Source: Lama glama (Eukaryota). From it: a stretch of DNA of 64,000 nt. The DNA lies in NCBI GenBank assembly GCA_028534125.1, contig CM052825.1, positions 2,418,001 through 2,482,000 on the forward strand, in the 5' to 3' direction. The notes under the pieces were generated by a model that was not told the origin of the DNA, did not search any database, and saw nothing but the letters and a program-made list of their open reading frames with translations. The translations under genes and the position numbers were made by a program. Of this stretch, positions 12,701 through 25,078 are shown in pieces (the first letter of the stretch is position 1; each line of letters opens with the position of its first letter).

Positions 12701-15103
12701 GAAACAAGTTTTCCATTAACTTCTCTTCTGGGAGTTTCTGGAGCACTCGAGTGCTGTGAACTCAGGACCCAGACCTGAGTCAGGCGCAGGCGTGTTGCCG
12801 TTTTTGCTGCCCAGCTGGCCAGGCAGGCAGACCGACCTCCTGGGGCAGAGAGGTTTGGTCTCCCCTTTCAAAGAAGGCACAGGCTTCAAGAGCTCGTCTT
12901 CACACAAAGACCTCGGGTCCAAGTCCCCGCCTCACAGAGACTCAAGGCTCAATCTCCTGGTCCCGGATGGACATCAGATCACAAATCCTCACCTACCTGG
13001 ATGGGTCTGCCGCCCCCACCCCCGGGGCAGCCGCGCACCAGCTCAGCCCCTCCCCGTTTTCAGTTCCCTTTATCCTCTGACATCTGGGGGTCTCCCCATG
13101 TTTCTTAGGAGCCCATCAGTAGGTTTCAAATTTCAAAAATCTGTTTTGTATTCATAATTTTTGAGTTATTGCATAAATTCTCTCTATATATTTTAAATAT
13201 AGAATATTACACGTGTATCAAGAACATGTAACACTAACTGCCTGTTGCTGGAGTCAGAGCGGCCCCTCAGAAGGTTTAAGTTCTCCTCTTTGTCACAAAG
13301 ATTCCGCGGCGGAAGATAACAGAGCTTTTCAAAAGTCTCGTGATCACACAGCGGGAAGCTGAGCAACAAGTGTCTCAGTCCTTTTTTCCCACAATGTAAT
13401 AAACCTGTACCTGAGAGGAAGCGGGAGGGCACCCGAGGCCGCGCTGGCCGCCCTGCAAACCCCCCGGACGCTGGACGCCATCACCCTCTGCCTGCGCGCC
13501 GGATCCTCTGTGACCGCGAGGCGCCTTCATCATGGTCGGTCCCCTGGGTCTCTGAGCCGCGGCTCCAGGGCCCCCCCGCCCACCTCCCGCACCCCTGCCT
13601 CCACCCAGAGAAGAAGATCAGGACGGAATCAAGTCACAAACCTGCCTGAGAGCGTTTGCTCCAGGACGGGAGGCCGGCTGGAGCGCGGGGCTGGGAGTGG
13701 GCTGTCAAGCTGAGTCACCCCCCACCGCCCACCAGAACCTACACGTGATGACTGTCAGGTTCAGACCTCTCTGGTGTCGTTGGTGGGAATGGGGGGTGAG
13801 CCGGCTGGGAAGAGAAATCTTCATCCGGGGCTGCCCAAACTGTTTCACGTCCTGACACCCAGGGAAGTGGCACTGGGGTGACACACAGCGGCACTGAGCA
13901 AACCACCTGCTGCCTGGGGACCCAGACCTGCCGCTGTCCCCCCACCTCCCCCCGCCTCGGCTGTGGATGTTACTGCACCATCAGACCCGAGGCAGCACGG
14001 GGTAAGGGAGCAACAAACAGAAGGGGGAGCGGGGGCCAGCACGGCCCACCCAGGGTTAAACCGAGCTCAGAGCGGACCACTTCCTCATCCAGCTTCCCCT
14101 CCTGGCCCCACGCCCACTTCAGACTCTCCACGTCCCAGGCACTGCCTCCAGGGTTTTCGTGTACCTCTTTGGAGCCGCTAACCGGGCTCCTCTGGTCGGG
14201 AGCAGGCAGGGCGGGGCTGGGGTTTTCGGGGCCCCGGGCGCCCTCCTCCCTCCGCGGTGCCTGCGTCCTGATGCCGATGCCTCCGAGGCCGCCTCTGGCG
14301 GGGCCAGCAGGCCCCGCGCCCACCCGGCCCTCCGCGCTCTGCCTGGGGCACGAGACGTTCTCCCAGTGGGCTGCCAGGCACTGGGCCTTCCTAACCCATC
14401 CTCTGCGTGTTTCTCATCAAGGCCGCTGGATGCTAACTTTTCCACCGAAGGCAGTTTTTAACGCTTAGAAAATTAATGAGCTTTGTTATTTAAAATGATG
14501 GCAGTGACAGGAAGACTGTCTTCAAACACTGTCTCAGCCCAGGGACAGAAGCAGAGGGGCCTGGGGCATTTTCAAGGACACTGGGATGGAAACAGCTGCC
14601 GGTGGGTTGGCGCTGGCGGCCTCCTGCCGCCCTCCTGCCGCCCTCCTGCCCCACGTGGGTTCCAGGGCGACCACTCGGGTTCTGTCCCCGTGCAGCCTTG
14701 AGGAGCTGAGGAAGAGGAAACAGCTAAGGGACGTCGGAGCTGAGACGAGAGCGCCTTGGAATTTCCACTCATCGGAGACACCGCCAAGCGAAGGACCTCG
14801 ATGTCTGGAAGGGACCAGCCCCTCCTAGGGGAGGGGCGGGAAGCCTCGACCTGCTGACCAAGGAGCTAGTTCCCGGCCTCAGGGTTCCTACCTTCTCACG
14901 CCTCCCCCGTCAGGCAGAGGTGGGAAGGTGTTCTGAGAACAACTGCTAGCCGCCTGCTCAGTGGGGAAGCAGCGGCCGCTCGTCAGGCGGGAGGAGGCGA
15001 GAGGGGGAGAAGGTCTGTCTTTCCAGGAGGAGGCGTCACTACCTCAGACTCGATGGAAGGAGCTGGTCTGTGCCTCAGTGAGTCTTTGGGGGGGGGTGTT
15101 ATC

Positions 15104-15187
15104 AAAGAAGAATATGTATGTAACTGAATCACTGTGCTGTGCACCAGAGCCTAGCACGGAGTCGTAAGTGACACTTCAACTGAAAAA
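15104..15187 (+). mobile_element. Short 3' end of a cetartiodactyl-type L1
   Basis: aaagaagaatatgtatgtaactgaatcactgtgctgtgcaccaga...acttcaactgaaaaa resembles the recalled artiodactyl L1 3' terminus (TATAACTGAATCACTTTGCTGTACACCAGAA...). Confidence 0.6.
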
Positions 15188-15913
15188 CAGCATCATTAGC
15201 AGCACTCTTTCCTGGGCTTCCACAGACGCAGGCCCGGCCAGCAAGGGTCCTGGAGGCCCCTGCGGACCGGCCAGTCCAGGGAGCCCGGAAGGCGTGCGTT
15301 CTGCAGAGACCACTGACCGCCTTCCCTTCCCTCTTGACAATCAGCAGGACCCCGCGCCCCGTGGGTGTGAGCAGCGGGCTGTGTGTGCTCCTGAGCAGGG
15401 GTTGGGAGGGAGGCGCGCCCACCCTGAGCTCATCCTTTCCCTCCTGGGGGCTGCAGGCCAACGGTGATCCATCCTACAGGGCAGCACCTGGGTCCTTGAA
15501 TCACCTTGTGGACAAGAGCCACCCAGGACAGGAATGCCCACAGTGGACCAGAATGAGTGAGAAGAGAACTTCTCTGGTGCTGAAGCAATTGAACTTTTGA
15601 GGGTCTATTTCTTAGCGCAGGGGAGACTCTCTCCACATATCACGCACACGACTTTGCCAGGAGGAAGTTCTGAATGGCCTGCATCATCCCTGACTGAATA
15701 GGTGCTGACTCTGCCCTGGTAGAACTGAGCACCCAGTTCACAGCGGCACCATGAGCTGCAATGAAGTTTGACGTAAGCTCCTGCCCAGGTCGACCCAATC
15801 ACTGGGGTTAGGACAGCGTCAACACAGGCACGGCTGGGAGGAGCCAGGGAGACGCCTGGGAGACTCGGGGTGCTGGGCCGCGTCTGGGAGGCCCCGGGAG
15901 GGCCCCGTCTCAC

Positions 15914-16151
15914 CTGACTCCCGCGTGCGGCCCCGCACGGCCTCGCTCCAGGGCCCGGCCCCGATGGCGTTGAAGGCCTGCACCTTCAGCTCGTACTCCG
16001 TCCACTCCTCCAGCCCCTCCACGGTGAACTCCCTCTCCAGCCGGTCGCTGACGACCTGGGTCAGAGCGGCGGCCTGGAGGTCTGGGCGCCAGTACTTGAT
16101 CCTGTAGCCCACGGACTCGGGGTTCCCGTTGTACCGGGAATCGGGCAGCGG
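15914..16151 (-). CDS. SDK1: SDK1 coding exon (FN3 ~6: [21 protein letters not shown]...RGRTRES)
   Basis: tttccag|CCG CTG ... GAG TCA G|gtgaga. 238 bp = 79 codons + 1 nt. FN3 motifs GYRIKYW and [17 protein letters not shown]. Peptide in ORF 15819..16592(-). Confidence 0.96.
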
Positions 16152-16714
16152 CTGGAAATGAGCAGCAGCGCGGTCAGCTGACGCCTGGGCCTGTCCGTGC
16201 GGCCTCCGCGCGGGCCTGGACGCCCGTGGGCCGGGCGCGGGAGGCCGGTTACATGGGGAAGGTCCTCTGGGCCGGATACTCTTAGAACCTTTTCCGATTT
16301 CTCTCTGGAACTTTTCTTTTGTTAAGTGAAACCCTGCTAGTAACTTTGGCTGGGCGTAATTTTTAAAATACATTTTGGCTTCATTCTGTGGGGAAATGTT
16401 CTGATTAAATACCAAGCTGGCTCCCTCACAAATGTTGAAGACTGGTTCCGTGTTGACCCAGCTTAAGGACGTCCAGGCCCAGCCTGTGGGACCACTGACT
16501 TTCCTCCCCCGAAGGACACTCCTCACCCCAGGAAGCCGCTGAGTAGAGGCACCAGTGAACGAGGGGGCCGGGGCCGCTCGGGGACCCCGCACCAGCGCAA
16601 ATGCGCTGCTCTCTGGCTGAATGACGAGACTCGCTTTGACCGGGGGGCACAGGCGTGAGTGAGAATCTCCTACGCTCTGGGCCTCGCGCCGCCTCCCCGC
16701 CCCCCCCGACTCAC

Positions 16715-16865
16715 CACCCAGCGGAGCCGCAGGCTGGTCTCACTGGCGGTTCGCACAGTGACACTGGTGGGGGCCACGTCTGGGGGCGCCTGCAGGGTCT
16801 GGATGACCCGGGAAGACGGACTGAAGGGGCTGGCGCCCACGATGTTCACCTGCCGCATTCGGAAC
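16715..16865 (-). CDS. SDK1: SDK1 coding exon (FN3 ~5/6: [10 protein letters not shown]...ETSLRLRWV)
   Basis: tctag|G TTC CGA ATG ... TGG GTG|gtgagt. 151 bp = 1 nt + 50 codons. Peptide visible in ORF 16670..17134(-). Confidence 0.96.
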
Positions 16866-18394
16866 CTAGAGGCAAAACCATCGGCGAGACTTATTCTGCA
16901 GCAAGAGGTGATGTGGAAAAATGGAAAAAAATCCCAAAATCCCCCCAGCAAAGGCAGGGGATGTCTGCCTGTATCATACAGGCCGTTGCTCAAGGGTGCC
17001 CACCTCCACCTGGTTGCATTACGCATGCAAATTACATTATGGCCTCTTTCCCTAAAAGCCGCCGAAGAGTGGCGAACACACCGCAACTCAGCAGCTTCAA
17101 GTTCCCGAGCAAAACGTGATTGGACGGGTTCCACGGCCGGAAACCCGCTGCCCTTGGCTGGTTCGACTTCAGGGTGACATTGGGTCGGGATGGGGGTTAG
17201 AGTTCCGGGAGATTTTCAGCAGAACTGGAGCGTCAGAACATCGTCACCAAACGACAGAGGTGGGAGCCCAGTAGCTTTCCGGCGCCCCGTTCTCCGTGGT
17301 CGGGGGGAAGCAGTGGCCCCAGAGTCACCCCTCGGGCCTCTCCCCCCAGGGTAGCTCGCCTCTGTTCCCTCATCTATAAACTGCGGGTGGAGGTAGAAGC
17401 GCTTTAAAGTCGACGTCAATGTTCTCAGTTTTCTCTCTTCTATATTAATATGGACAATTATTTGAATTGAACTTACGTACCAGGAAAAATGTCCTAAGTA
17501 CGCAGACACATTTATCACAGACGCTTTGTAAATGTACGTGAATCTAAGACAGGAACACTGACCTCTAATCAGTTTCTGGCCTTTGAAATAATTATAGAGC
17601 TTGTCCTAATTTCCCACAGCAAGTCCTGGATCCCAACAGCTCATTTTATGCTAAGTGTTTCTCTCTAAAAACAAGTGTATCTTGATTCATCTGCTCTAAT
17701 CTTAGGAAGGATGTTAAAATGAACATAAATTAAACAGCACCTCTCGCTAGGTTAAAAAAGAAAACAAACCCTAAGTTTGGTTTGTACTGAAGAGTGCTCT
17801 TCACAAAGACGTCGTTTCACCTTTCACTCCCTGAACCAGTCACTCCTAGTTTCTCATCCCCTGAGCTTATGAAACGCATCTGTCCTGGTGGAACAGTGAC
17901 ACTGTCAAGCTGAGCCTCTGCTGGGGACTGGAAATTCTGCCACCGTCAGTGATCTCACGGGAAGTTACAGCGTGGCCACAGCTCGCCATCGCTCTGCCCT
18001 TTGTGAAGGCCAAAGTTTTACTGCCTGGATAAGTTTCAGGATCAGGAAGCAAAAGGTTAAACAACGTGGGAAGTGCTTGATTAGTGAGACCAAGACTCCT
18101 GCTGGGCCCGGGAAGGGGCAGCAGGGAACTCCCAGCACAGCTGCTTTGTTACACGGCACGCTAACCGCCCAGGGGCTCAGTCATTAAGCCTGATGTAACA
18201 GCCGGGTCTGCGGCTGCCTCGTCTGCGGTGCTGATGGAAGGGGCCTTGCGGATCTCGCGCTCAGCTGCGCCTCTTGCCCCTACAGTTCAGTCTACTGTCA
18301 CTGCCGCCTGGAACCCCTCAGGTGCACTCACAGACAGAAGCCTCCGCTGGAGGCGCCCTCCTCCCACCATGGGGCTCCCCGCCCGCAAGCTCAC

Positions 18395-18504
18395 CTGTAC
18401 TGAGTGTAGGGCGTGAGGTTCGGGATCTCCAGCGTCTGGGCGTCGGGCTCACTCTCCTCCTCGTATAGGCTCACCCACTCCTCCTCGTCGCCCACGGCTC
18501 CAAC
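18395..18504 (-). CDS. SDK1: SDK1 coding exon (FN3 repeat ~5, VGAVGDEEEW...LTPYTQY-R); first exon of the inverted block in transcription order
   Basis: Minus strand: cgcag|GTTGGAGCC...CAGTACAG|gtgag. 110 bp = 36 codons + 2 nt. Translation VGAVGDEEEWVSLYEEESEPDAQTLEIPNLTPYTQY matches recalled SDK1 (human VGAIGDEEEWVTLYEEENEPDAQMLEIPNLTPYTHY). Phase fits the exon at 16715-16865. Confidence 0.95.
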
Positions 18505-19714
18505 CTGCGGGAAGGGAGGCGTGGGGACCCGCTGGATGAGTGGGGTGGAGGCTGCTGGCTAGGATGTGTGCCACCTGGCACCCTCAGGTGGGGAAGTTGA
18601 GTCCTGCCCGGACCCCCCCAACTTGTGCCTTGGGCACGTGGGCTCCTCTGTTCCCGCCCCTGAGTCTGGGTGGGCTTCAGACAAAAGCTCACATCACAGC
18701 CTGGGCCCTGAGGGTGAGGTCCCAGCACAAACCCCAAGGGCGCCAGGACCACAGGTGTGGAGAGCACCTGGCGCCTCCTGCCTTTCCTCTCTGGCGATGG
18801 ACCCCAGGGGGCCGACATTCTCACGGAAGGGCAGAGCCCTTTCCACCACAGCCGGCCCAGGGACTCAGCCTCTCCTGCTCCCACCCTGACCCCCTCAGCC
18901 CCAAGCACACACCAAGGACACCACCGCTGGCCGGGACATCAGAGGTCATCATGCAGAGAAGGACTCGCTGTTGTGGGGGTACTAGGTGGGGCCAGGGAAG
19001 CCCCTTCAGATGTAAACGGCCCACCTGGGGTACAGCGGGTCTCTTCAAAGAGGGACCAGCCCTCTGTGCCGGGGTGCCCGCCAGCCCCCTGGCCTCCATC
19101 TCTTGCTGACTCCATTCCCCATCCGTGAACATCCTGTGAACGTCTCGACTGCCCAGGAGGTATTCACGTGCGGCTCCGACCCTCCTAGGACCACCGTGAC
19201 CTGCCCCGAGCCACCCCTCATGATTTCCTGTCACCATCCGAGGCCAATCTGACCACCCTGCTCCCTCGAGGAGCCGGGGGCCCGTCCCAGCAAGAGAGCA
19301 ACACCGCCAGCCAGGGGAGCCCCCAGACCTCTCTGCAGGTTTCCGCATCCCTGCCCCAGGCGCTCTCTGGGCCGGTGCAGGCCCCACGGCCCTCGGGGCC
19401 CGGGGCACACGTGCAGAGGGGAGGCTGTGAGCACGGAGAGTGTCAGGTGGGTCAGCCCAGGGCCCCGAGCGCGTTGCCCTCCACAAGTGACTCAAATGAC
19501 AGCACACGAAACGTGCTCATGGTGTTTGCAGAGAAACCAGGTTGGCAGGTGGCCTGTTCGCGGGAGGATGGTGTGAGAATTCAAAAGGATCTTGGGAAAC
19601 TGGAGACACGGACGTGGCGGACGGGACAGGGGCAGTGAACATGGGGGCCTGGCTGCACGTGTCCCAGAAAGACTAAACGTGACACTAAATACTCAGTTAG
19701 AAACATGAAAACGG

Positions 19715-20217
19715 ACACTTGGCAGTTCCTCCAAAAGTGAAACCCAGTTCACGCCGAGGTCGACACCCAGAAGAGCAAACTGGTTCTCTCCCAAGTCCCG
19801 GCGCACACACGTCCACGGCCGCCCTGCGCTCAGCAGCCGAGGTGGAAGCCACACAGCACCCTCGACAGATGATAAGAAACCCACAGGGGTGCAGCCCCAC
19901 GACGGAACACGACTCAGCCTCCGAAAGGAGAGGCCCCGACACTGGCCCCAACGCACGTGGGCCTCAAAAACGCGATGCCGAGGGAGGACGCCGGACCCCA
20001 GAGGCCACGTGGTGTGTGACTGCGCCCATAAAGTATGCAGACAGGTAAACCCACAGAAACAGCGCGGCAGGGTGGGTGCCCGGGGCGGGGGGTCCTGGGC
20101 ACGTTCTGGAACAAGACAGAGGAGGTGCTCACACAACATTGCGAACGCACTGCTTGTGAACTGTGCACATTAAAATGGTGACCTTGTGTTATGTGACTTT
20201 CACCTCAGTTTTATAAA
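19715..20217 (+). mobile_element. L1MB-like LINE 3' end, GC-shifted
   Basis: ttggcagttcctccaaaag, aggccacgtggtgtgtgact, acaacattgcgaacgcac, and the terminal acattaaaatggtga...tgttatgtgactttcacctcagttttataaa. Confidence 0.8.
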
Positions 20218-21892
20218 TATTAAGGTAAAATATGGGATGACCAGCCAAAATCACACGGTGGGGGAAGATGAGGTCAGAGGCTGGGGGTCAGCCAAGCCAC
20301 AGGGCGTGGGGCAGTGACATCAGGGAAAAACGGTGCGGCCGGCACAGTGGGAAAGCGGGGACAGCTCCGGGGCCCTGCACCAGGGGCCAGGTCTCCCGGT
20401 GCTGGAGACCTAGGAGGCCCGGACAGAGGACAGGCCGAGGCCGTGCAGACCCGCTCCACCCCACCCCTGCATTGTGAGGTGGAGAAGGACCAGGCCTGGG
20501 GACTGGTCAGCGCTGACCACGGCCAGGGCCACACAACCCTGATGTGCAGACAGAGGATGAGTCGGCCCCAAGTGACCTGCGCTTGCTGGGAACCAGGGCT
20601 CACTAGTGCCGCTTGGCGGTCCTGGCCCGGCTGGTGTCAGCAGGCGAGACACTTGCAGTCTGGGGAGAGGAGGGGAGGCGAGCTGGGGACAGACTGCAGG
20701 CGGCATCCCAGCCCTCTCATGCTGGAGGAGGCCAAGGCTGGACACCAAGCTCCTGGGGGAATCCGTCACAGCTCGGCACGGCTCCGGGCGCCTTCGGTCC
20801 TCCAGGTGAAGGCAGATGGTGCAGAGCTGGGGGGGGCGGGGGCAGGTGCAGTATGTGGGGAGGGGCCTGGGCACCGCCCCCCCCAGGTGGGGAATGTGGA
20901 TGGCAGGCGGGCTGGGACCAGGCACTGAGGGGAGGGCACTGAGCCCACATCTTCTCCGCTCACACAGCCCCGTTCTAGAACTTGTTCACAACATCTACGA
21001 ATTTAAATCCAAAATGCTGTGTGCACGAGGTTCGGGGGTTTCAGCGTTGAGGCGCGGACCACCCAGTAACGGGTCCTCGGGAGGTCTAACTGAGGTGCTG
21101 GTGCTGTTTCTTGGAAGTTAAGTTTAGGGGGAAAAAGGAAGGAAGGAAGGGAAAGAGAGAGATGACTTTGGTTCTAGGGAGGTCAATTCAGGACTTCTCG
21201 TTTCTCACTCAATCCCGCATTTAATGCCGCGGGAGGTGCTGGTACCCAGGGCGGCTGGCGCTCGGGGTGGGGGCTCTGCTCATAGCTATCTGGGTGCTGC
21301 CGCGGGGCTAGGCGGTGCCTCCCACGTCCTCGCCGAGTCTGGGCCTCCTTCTCGCTCCCACAGCGCAGCGCGAAGCTGAAGCTGAGACCACCTGGCCCGA
21401 ACGCCTGAGTATTTACCCTCCGATCCGTTACAGGAAAGTCTGCCGAGCCCTGCCCGTGTCCCTCTGCCGCCATCCCCGGGCGTCTCCCACGCTTGCTGTC
21501 ACTCGTTTCACGGGCTCCCGAAGTGAGTTCGGGTCTGACTCATCATGGAACCCCCGGCATCTCCCCCAACCGGGTCCAGCCCAAACTTGGGGCCTAGCCG
21601 GCTGGGTAAACACACGGACGAATCTACAAACGAACATGTGCACGGCTTCAAAACCGGCACTGAAAGCGGGCTGCCTGCGCTGAGCTGCAGAAGCAAGTTA
21701 GCACTGAAAACGTAATTTCACTTACAGACCTCGGGCGAGGCAGGCTTACATTTCTTCAGTGAAAGGCTTACACTTCAATCTAAAAAGACGAGGATCCTTC
21801 TCAGTGAGGAACAGAGGTCCTCTGATGCTCACTGGGCTCTCTGGTTAGATGTCAGGGCCGTCACGGTGGAGCATTCAAGAAGTCACCTGCCG

Positions 21893-22024
21893 TTCACTGA
21901 CGGTGAGCTGCATGGGGCGAGGCGGTCACTGACGGTGAGCTGGTCAGGGGCGAGGCGGTCACTGACGGTCAGCTGGTCGGGGGCGAGGCGGTCACTGACG
22001 GTGAGCTGGTCGGGGGTTGAGGTG
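21893..22024. repeat. Minisatellite, 33-bp unit, about 4 copies
   Basis: Unit gtcactgacggtgagctggtcgggggcgaggcg in direct head-to-tail tandem. Seen as repeated RRSLTVSWSGA in ORF 21866..22204. Confidence 0.95.
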
Positions 22025-23899
22025 GACTCTTTAAACATAAAGCAATTCAGAGCTCCGTGGGGAAGCTCCTGGGTTTTTGACAATTTTTTCCCTTCTTTTC
22101 CTTGGAAAGCTGACAAACAGTGCTTTACAACACTTATGACAAGACCAGAAATGCCACACATTTCAAATACCATTCGGCAGGGGGTGGTCATTAGGATCCA
22201 TTAGGGACACGCTGTCCCTCTGCTAAAGCCCCAGGGGTAGGTGTCCCACCGTGTCACACGGGATGGCTCGTGTGGCCGGTACTGGGCACTGGCTGGCCAG
22301 GAGGGAGGCTGGGCGACTTTGGCCACGTGTGCTTTGCAACACCTGGGGTCCCAGACCCCATCACCCTTGCCAAGTGGCCGTGGTGAGCTCCGCATGCCAG
22401 AGGCCAGGAGGTCCAGGCCACGCGGGGGACCAGCATTAACCTCATCTGAAAGGTAACTGCAGACGGCAAGGAGGCACGTGAGTCTGCAGCTGTGCGCGGG
22501 GTGGGGTGGGGGGCTGGGCAGGACGGAGGCGGGAGGGAGGAACTAGCTCTCTTTTCATCTGGAGCTGAGGACGGGAGAAAGATGCTCCAAGAATTCACTC
22601 AGTGGAAACCGGCCAAGCCCGGTGTGCCCTGCTTGGCTGAAACTCTGGTGTCAGCAGGAAAACTGCCTGTCAAGCAACTTCCACAGTTCCCGAGTCCCCT
22701 TGCTCTGAGCCGTGTCCCACACCCGGGCCAAGGCCTGCCGGGGAGGCAGCTGGAGGGCACGGAGGAAGCGGGGGAAGCGGCACAGGCGCCGTGGCTCCGC
22801 GTGGCCCTGTCGGCAAGTCGCAGCACAAGCAGGAAGCAGGACTCAGGCCTGAACGGGGCTCTAGGCCGGTTCCCGAGAAGAGGAGTCCGGATGGACTGCA
22901 ACCCTAATGAGCGGGCGGGGGGGGGGGTGGGGAGCACTCAGCCTGGACTGATGTTCGCTTGCGGGGAGGCTCCCTCTGAAGCAGCCAGAAGCCAGAGTCC
23001 CCCCGCCCTCCCGCCTCCTGTCTTGCTAGTCGGTTTTTCATTTATTTATTGACTATTTAATATGCTTTCTATCTTCGGAAGCAGGAGGATTGTGAAATGA
23101 CTGATTGGGTCTTCCGTCTTAAACATTCCTCTCTCCTCTTTGAGGTCTCTGACCCTGGGTCCTCCTGGTCCCCTCTGACTTTCCAGCCGTCTCTTCTCTG
23201 ATGCCCTGACGTCCGGGGCCCTGCTGACCCAGCAGGGACTGCCCCTCCCAGGGTGGGTGGGTCCTGCAGACAACGAACCACTCACTCGTGAGCATGCCTT
23301 TCAAATGCAAACCAGCCAACCCAGAGCCTGCCCCACCCCTTTCTCCAGGGGCTCCCACACTCTGGGCCACTGCCCCCTGTCCTCGTCACCAGGGACAGCC
23401 CCTGTGCCCCAGAGCCTGCTGGAAAGACCCAAACTAGGTGACCCCGGGCCTGCTCACCCTGCCCTGGGCCTCTGGTCCACAGTGCCCTCCCTCCGCCTCC
23501 TGACCCAGCCTGGTGCGTCCCGTGTGGCCCTGCGTGGCATTCCACCCCTGCCCCCCGGAAGCTGTAACATGGTCTTTTCAGTGAAGCACCTCCTGACATG
23601 TCAGCCTCACCACAGCTGAATAAAGACACCATTTGCACTGAAACGACAGGTGGCACGCAGTGTCCTAGCTCTAAGCTGCTCCCTCCGCCGCCCTCTGCGC
23701 CTGGAATGTCCTGCTCCTCATCCGTGTCGCTCCCCCCAGGCCCGCCCGAAAGTGCACCTTCTGCGTGGGGCCGTCCTCAGTGACCCCACTCTGTTACTCT
23801 TCTGCTTTTGATACTGTCTTGGCAACATTCTTCACAACCGCGCTCACCAGCCCCAGTCTCACTGTTCAGCACATCTCAGTGGTCCCTCCCACAGCCCCC

Positions 23900-24036
23900 A
23901 CCCCAACTTGAGAGTTTCTGGAGGCAGGGACTAGAAGTTTCCATCTTTGTAATCTAGTATGTAGCATGAGTCCCAACACCTCTAAAACAGTTGGTGCTTA
24001 ATAAACGTTTGCTGGGCGAATGGATGGCTGAATGAA
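23900..24036 (+). mobile_element. L2 3' end fragment
   Basis: gaggcagggact...catctttgta...ggtgcttaataaacgtttgctgggcgaatggatggctgaatgaa is the typical L2 tail. Confidence 0.7.
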
Positions 24037-24578
24037 CCAAATATAAGACCTAACGACCGGAAAAATTAAACACACAGGGAAATGTGAAAATGCACCAAGA
24101 GAATTAGCACGAGAGAAACTGCGCAGTCCTCAGAAAGAGCAGGAAGATGCCACTCGCAAAATTTACTTCAGTTGGCAGTTGTGATCTACGTGGACAGCTG
24201 GCTCTGTTTCTTGACAATGACACTTGTAGTGAAAGGCTTCCCTCAGCTGGACCCGAGCTGTCACGTATGCTGCAGTGTTTCCTTCTCCCGCGGTACCTGT
24301 AAAAGTCCCGTAATAGAACCTAAAAGGAGCTGATGGACTAATGAACAAAAATGCCACTTCAAACCATTCACCTCGTGCAGACTTCCTACGCTGATCAGGA
24401 AAAAACAAGAGAAGCCATCATAAGGGTGTTACTGCGGACAATCAAGCAAACAATAAACGTTCTGAAATATCGGCATGTGTAGTTCATGGTCACCTGTCAC
24501 CGCAGCTCCTGGGCGCCTGGGCGGGGGCACTGCAGCAGGACAGAGATGAAGCCGTCTCGCAGATTCACCCAGAAGACC

Positions 24579-25078
24579 NNNNNNNNNNNNNNNNNNNNNN
24601 NNNNNNNNNNNNNNNNNNNNNNNNNNNNNNNNNNNNNNNNNNNNNNNNNNNNNNNNNNNNNNNNNNNNNNNNNNNNNNNNNNNNNNNNNNNNNNNNNNNN
24701 NNNNNNNNNNNNNNNNNNNNNNNNNNNNNNNNNNNNNNNNNNNNNNNNNNNNNNNNNNNNNNNNNNNNNNNNNNNNNNNNNNNNNNNNNNNNNNNNNNNN
24801 NNNNNNNNNNNNNNNNNNNNNNNNNNNNNNNNNNNNNNNNNNNNNNNNNNNNNNNNNNNNNNNNNNNNNNNNNNNNNNNNNNNNNNNNNNNNNNNNNNNN
24901 NNNNNNNNNNNNNNNNNNNNNNNNNNNNNNNNNNNNNNNNNNNNNNNNNNNNNNNNNNNNNNNNNNNNNNNNNNNNNNNNNNNNNNNNNNNNNNNNNNNN
25001 NNNNNNNNNNNNNNNNNNNNNNNNNNNNNNNNNNNNNNNNNNNNNNNNNNNNNNNNNNNNNNNNNNNNNNNNNNNNNN
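24579..25078. other. Assembly gap, exactly 500 N (right edge of the inverted block)
   Basis: Run of N. It is followed by a CCT-rich low-complexity tract at 25079-25130. Confidence 0.99.

Noticed and set aside
17025-17032. Octamer motif ATGCAAAT
   Set aside because: A single 8-mer is expected by chance in 64 kb, and another copy sits inside the MLT1 at ~9371. There is no supporting context.
20700-20800. Possible preceding SDK1 exon (LPGAPSNLVISNISPRS...) on the minus strand
   Set aside because: The translation (GFPQELGVQPW) does not match and I found no such exon in the window. It presumably lies upstream or in a gap.
21893-22024. CRISPR-like array
   Set aside because: Units are contiguous with no unique spacers, the context is a mammalian intron, and there are no cas genes.
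3771-24578. Trans-splicing or programmed inversion as a novel mechanism
   Set aside because: No inverted repeats or recombination sites are visible at the block ends, which are assembly gaps. Contig mis-orientation is a simpler explanation.
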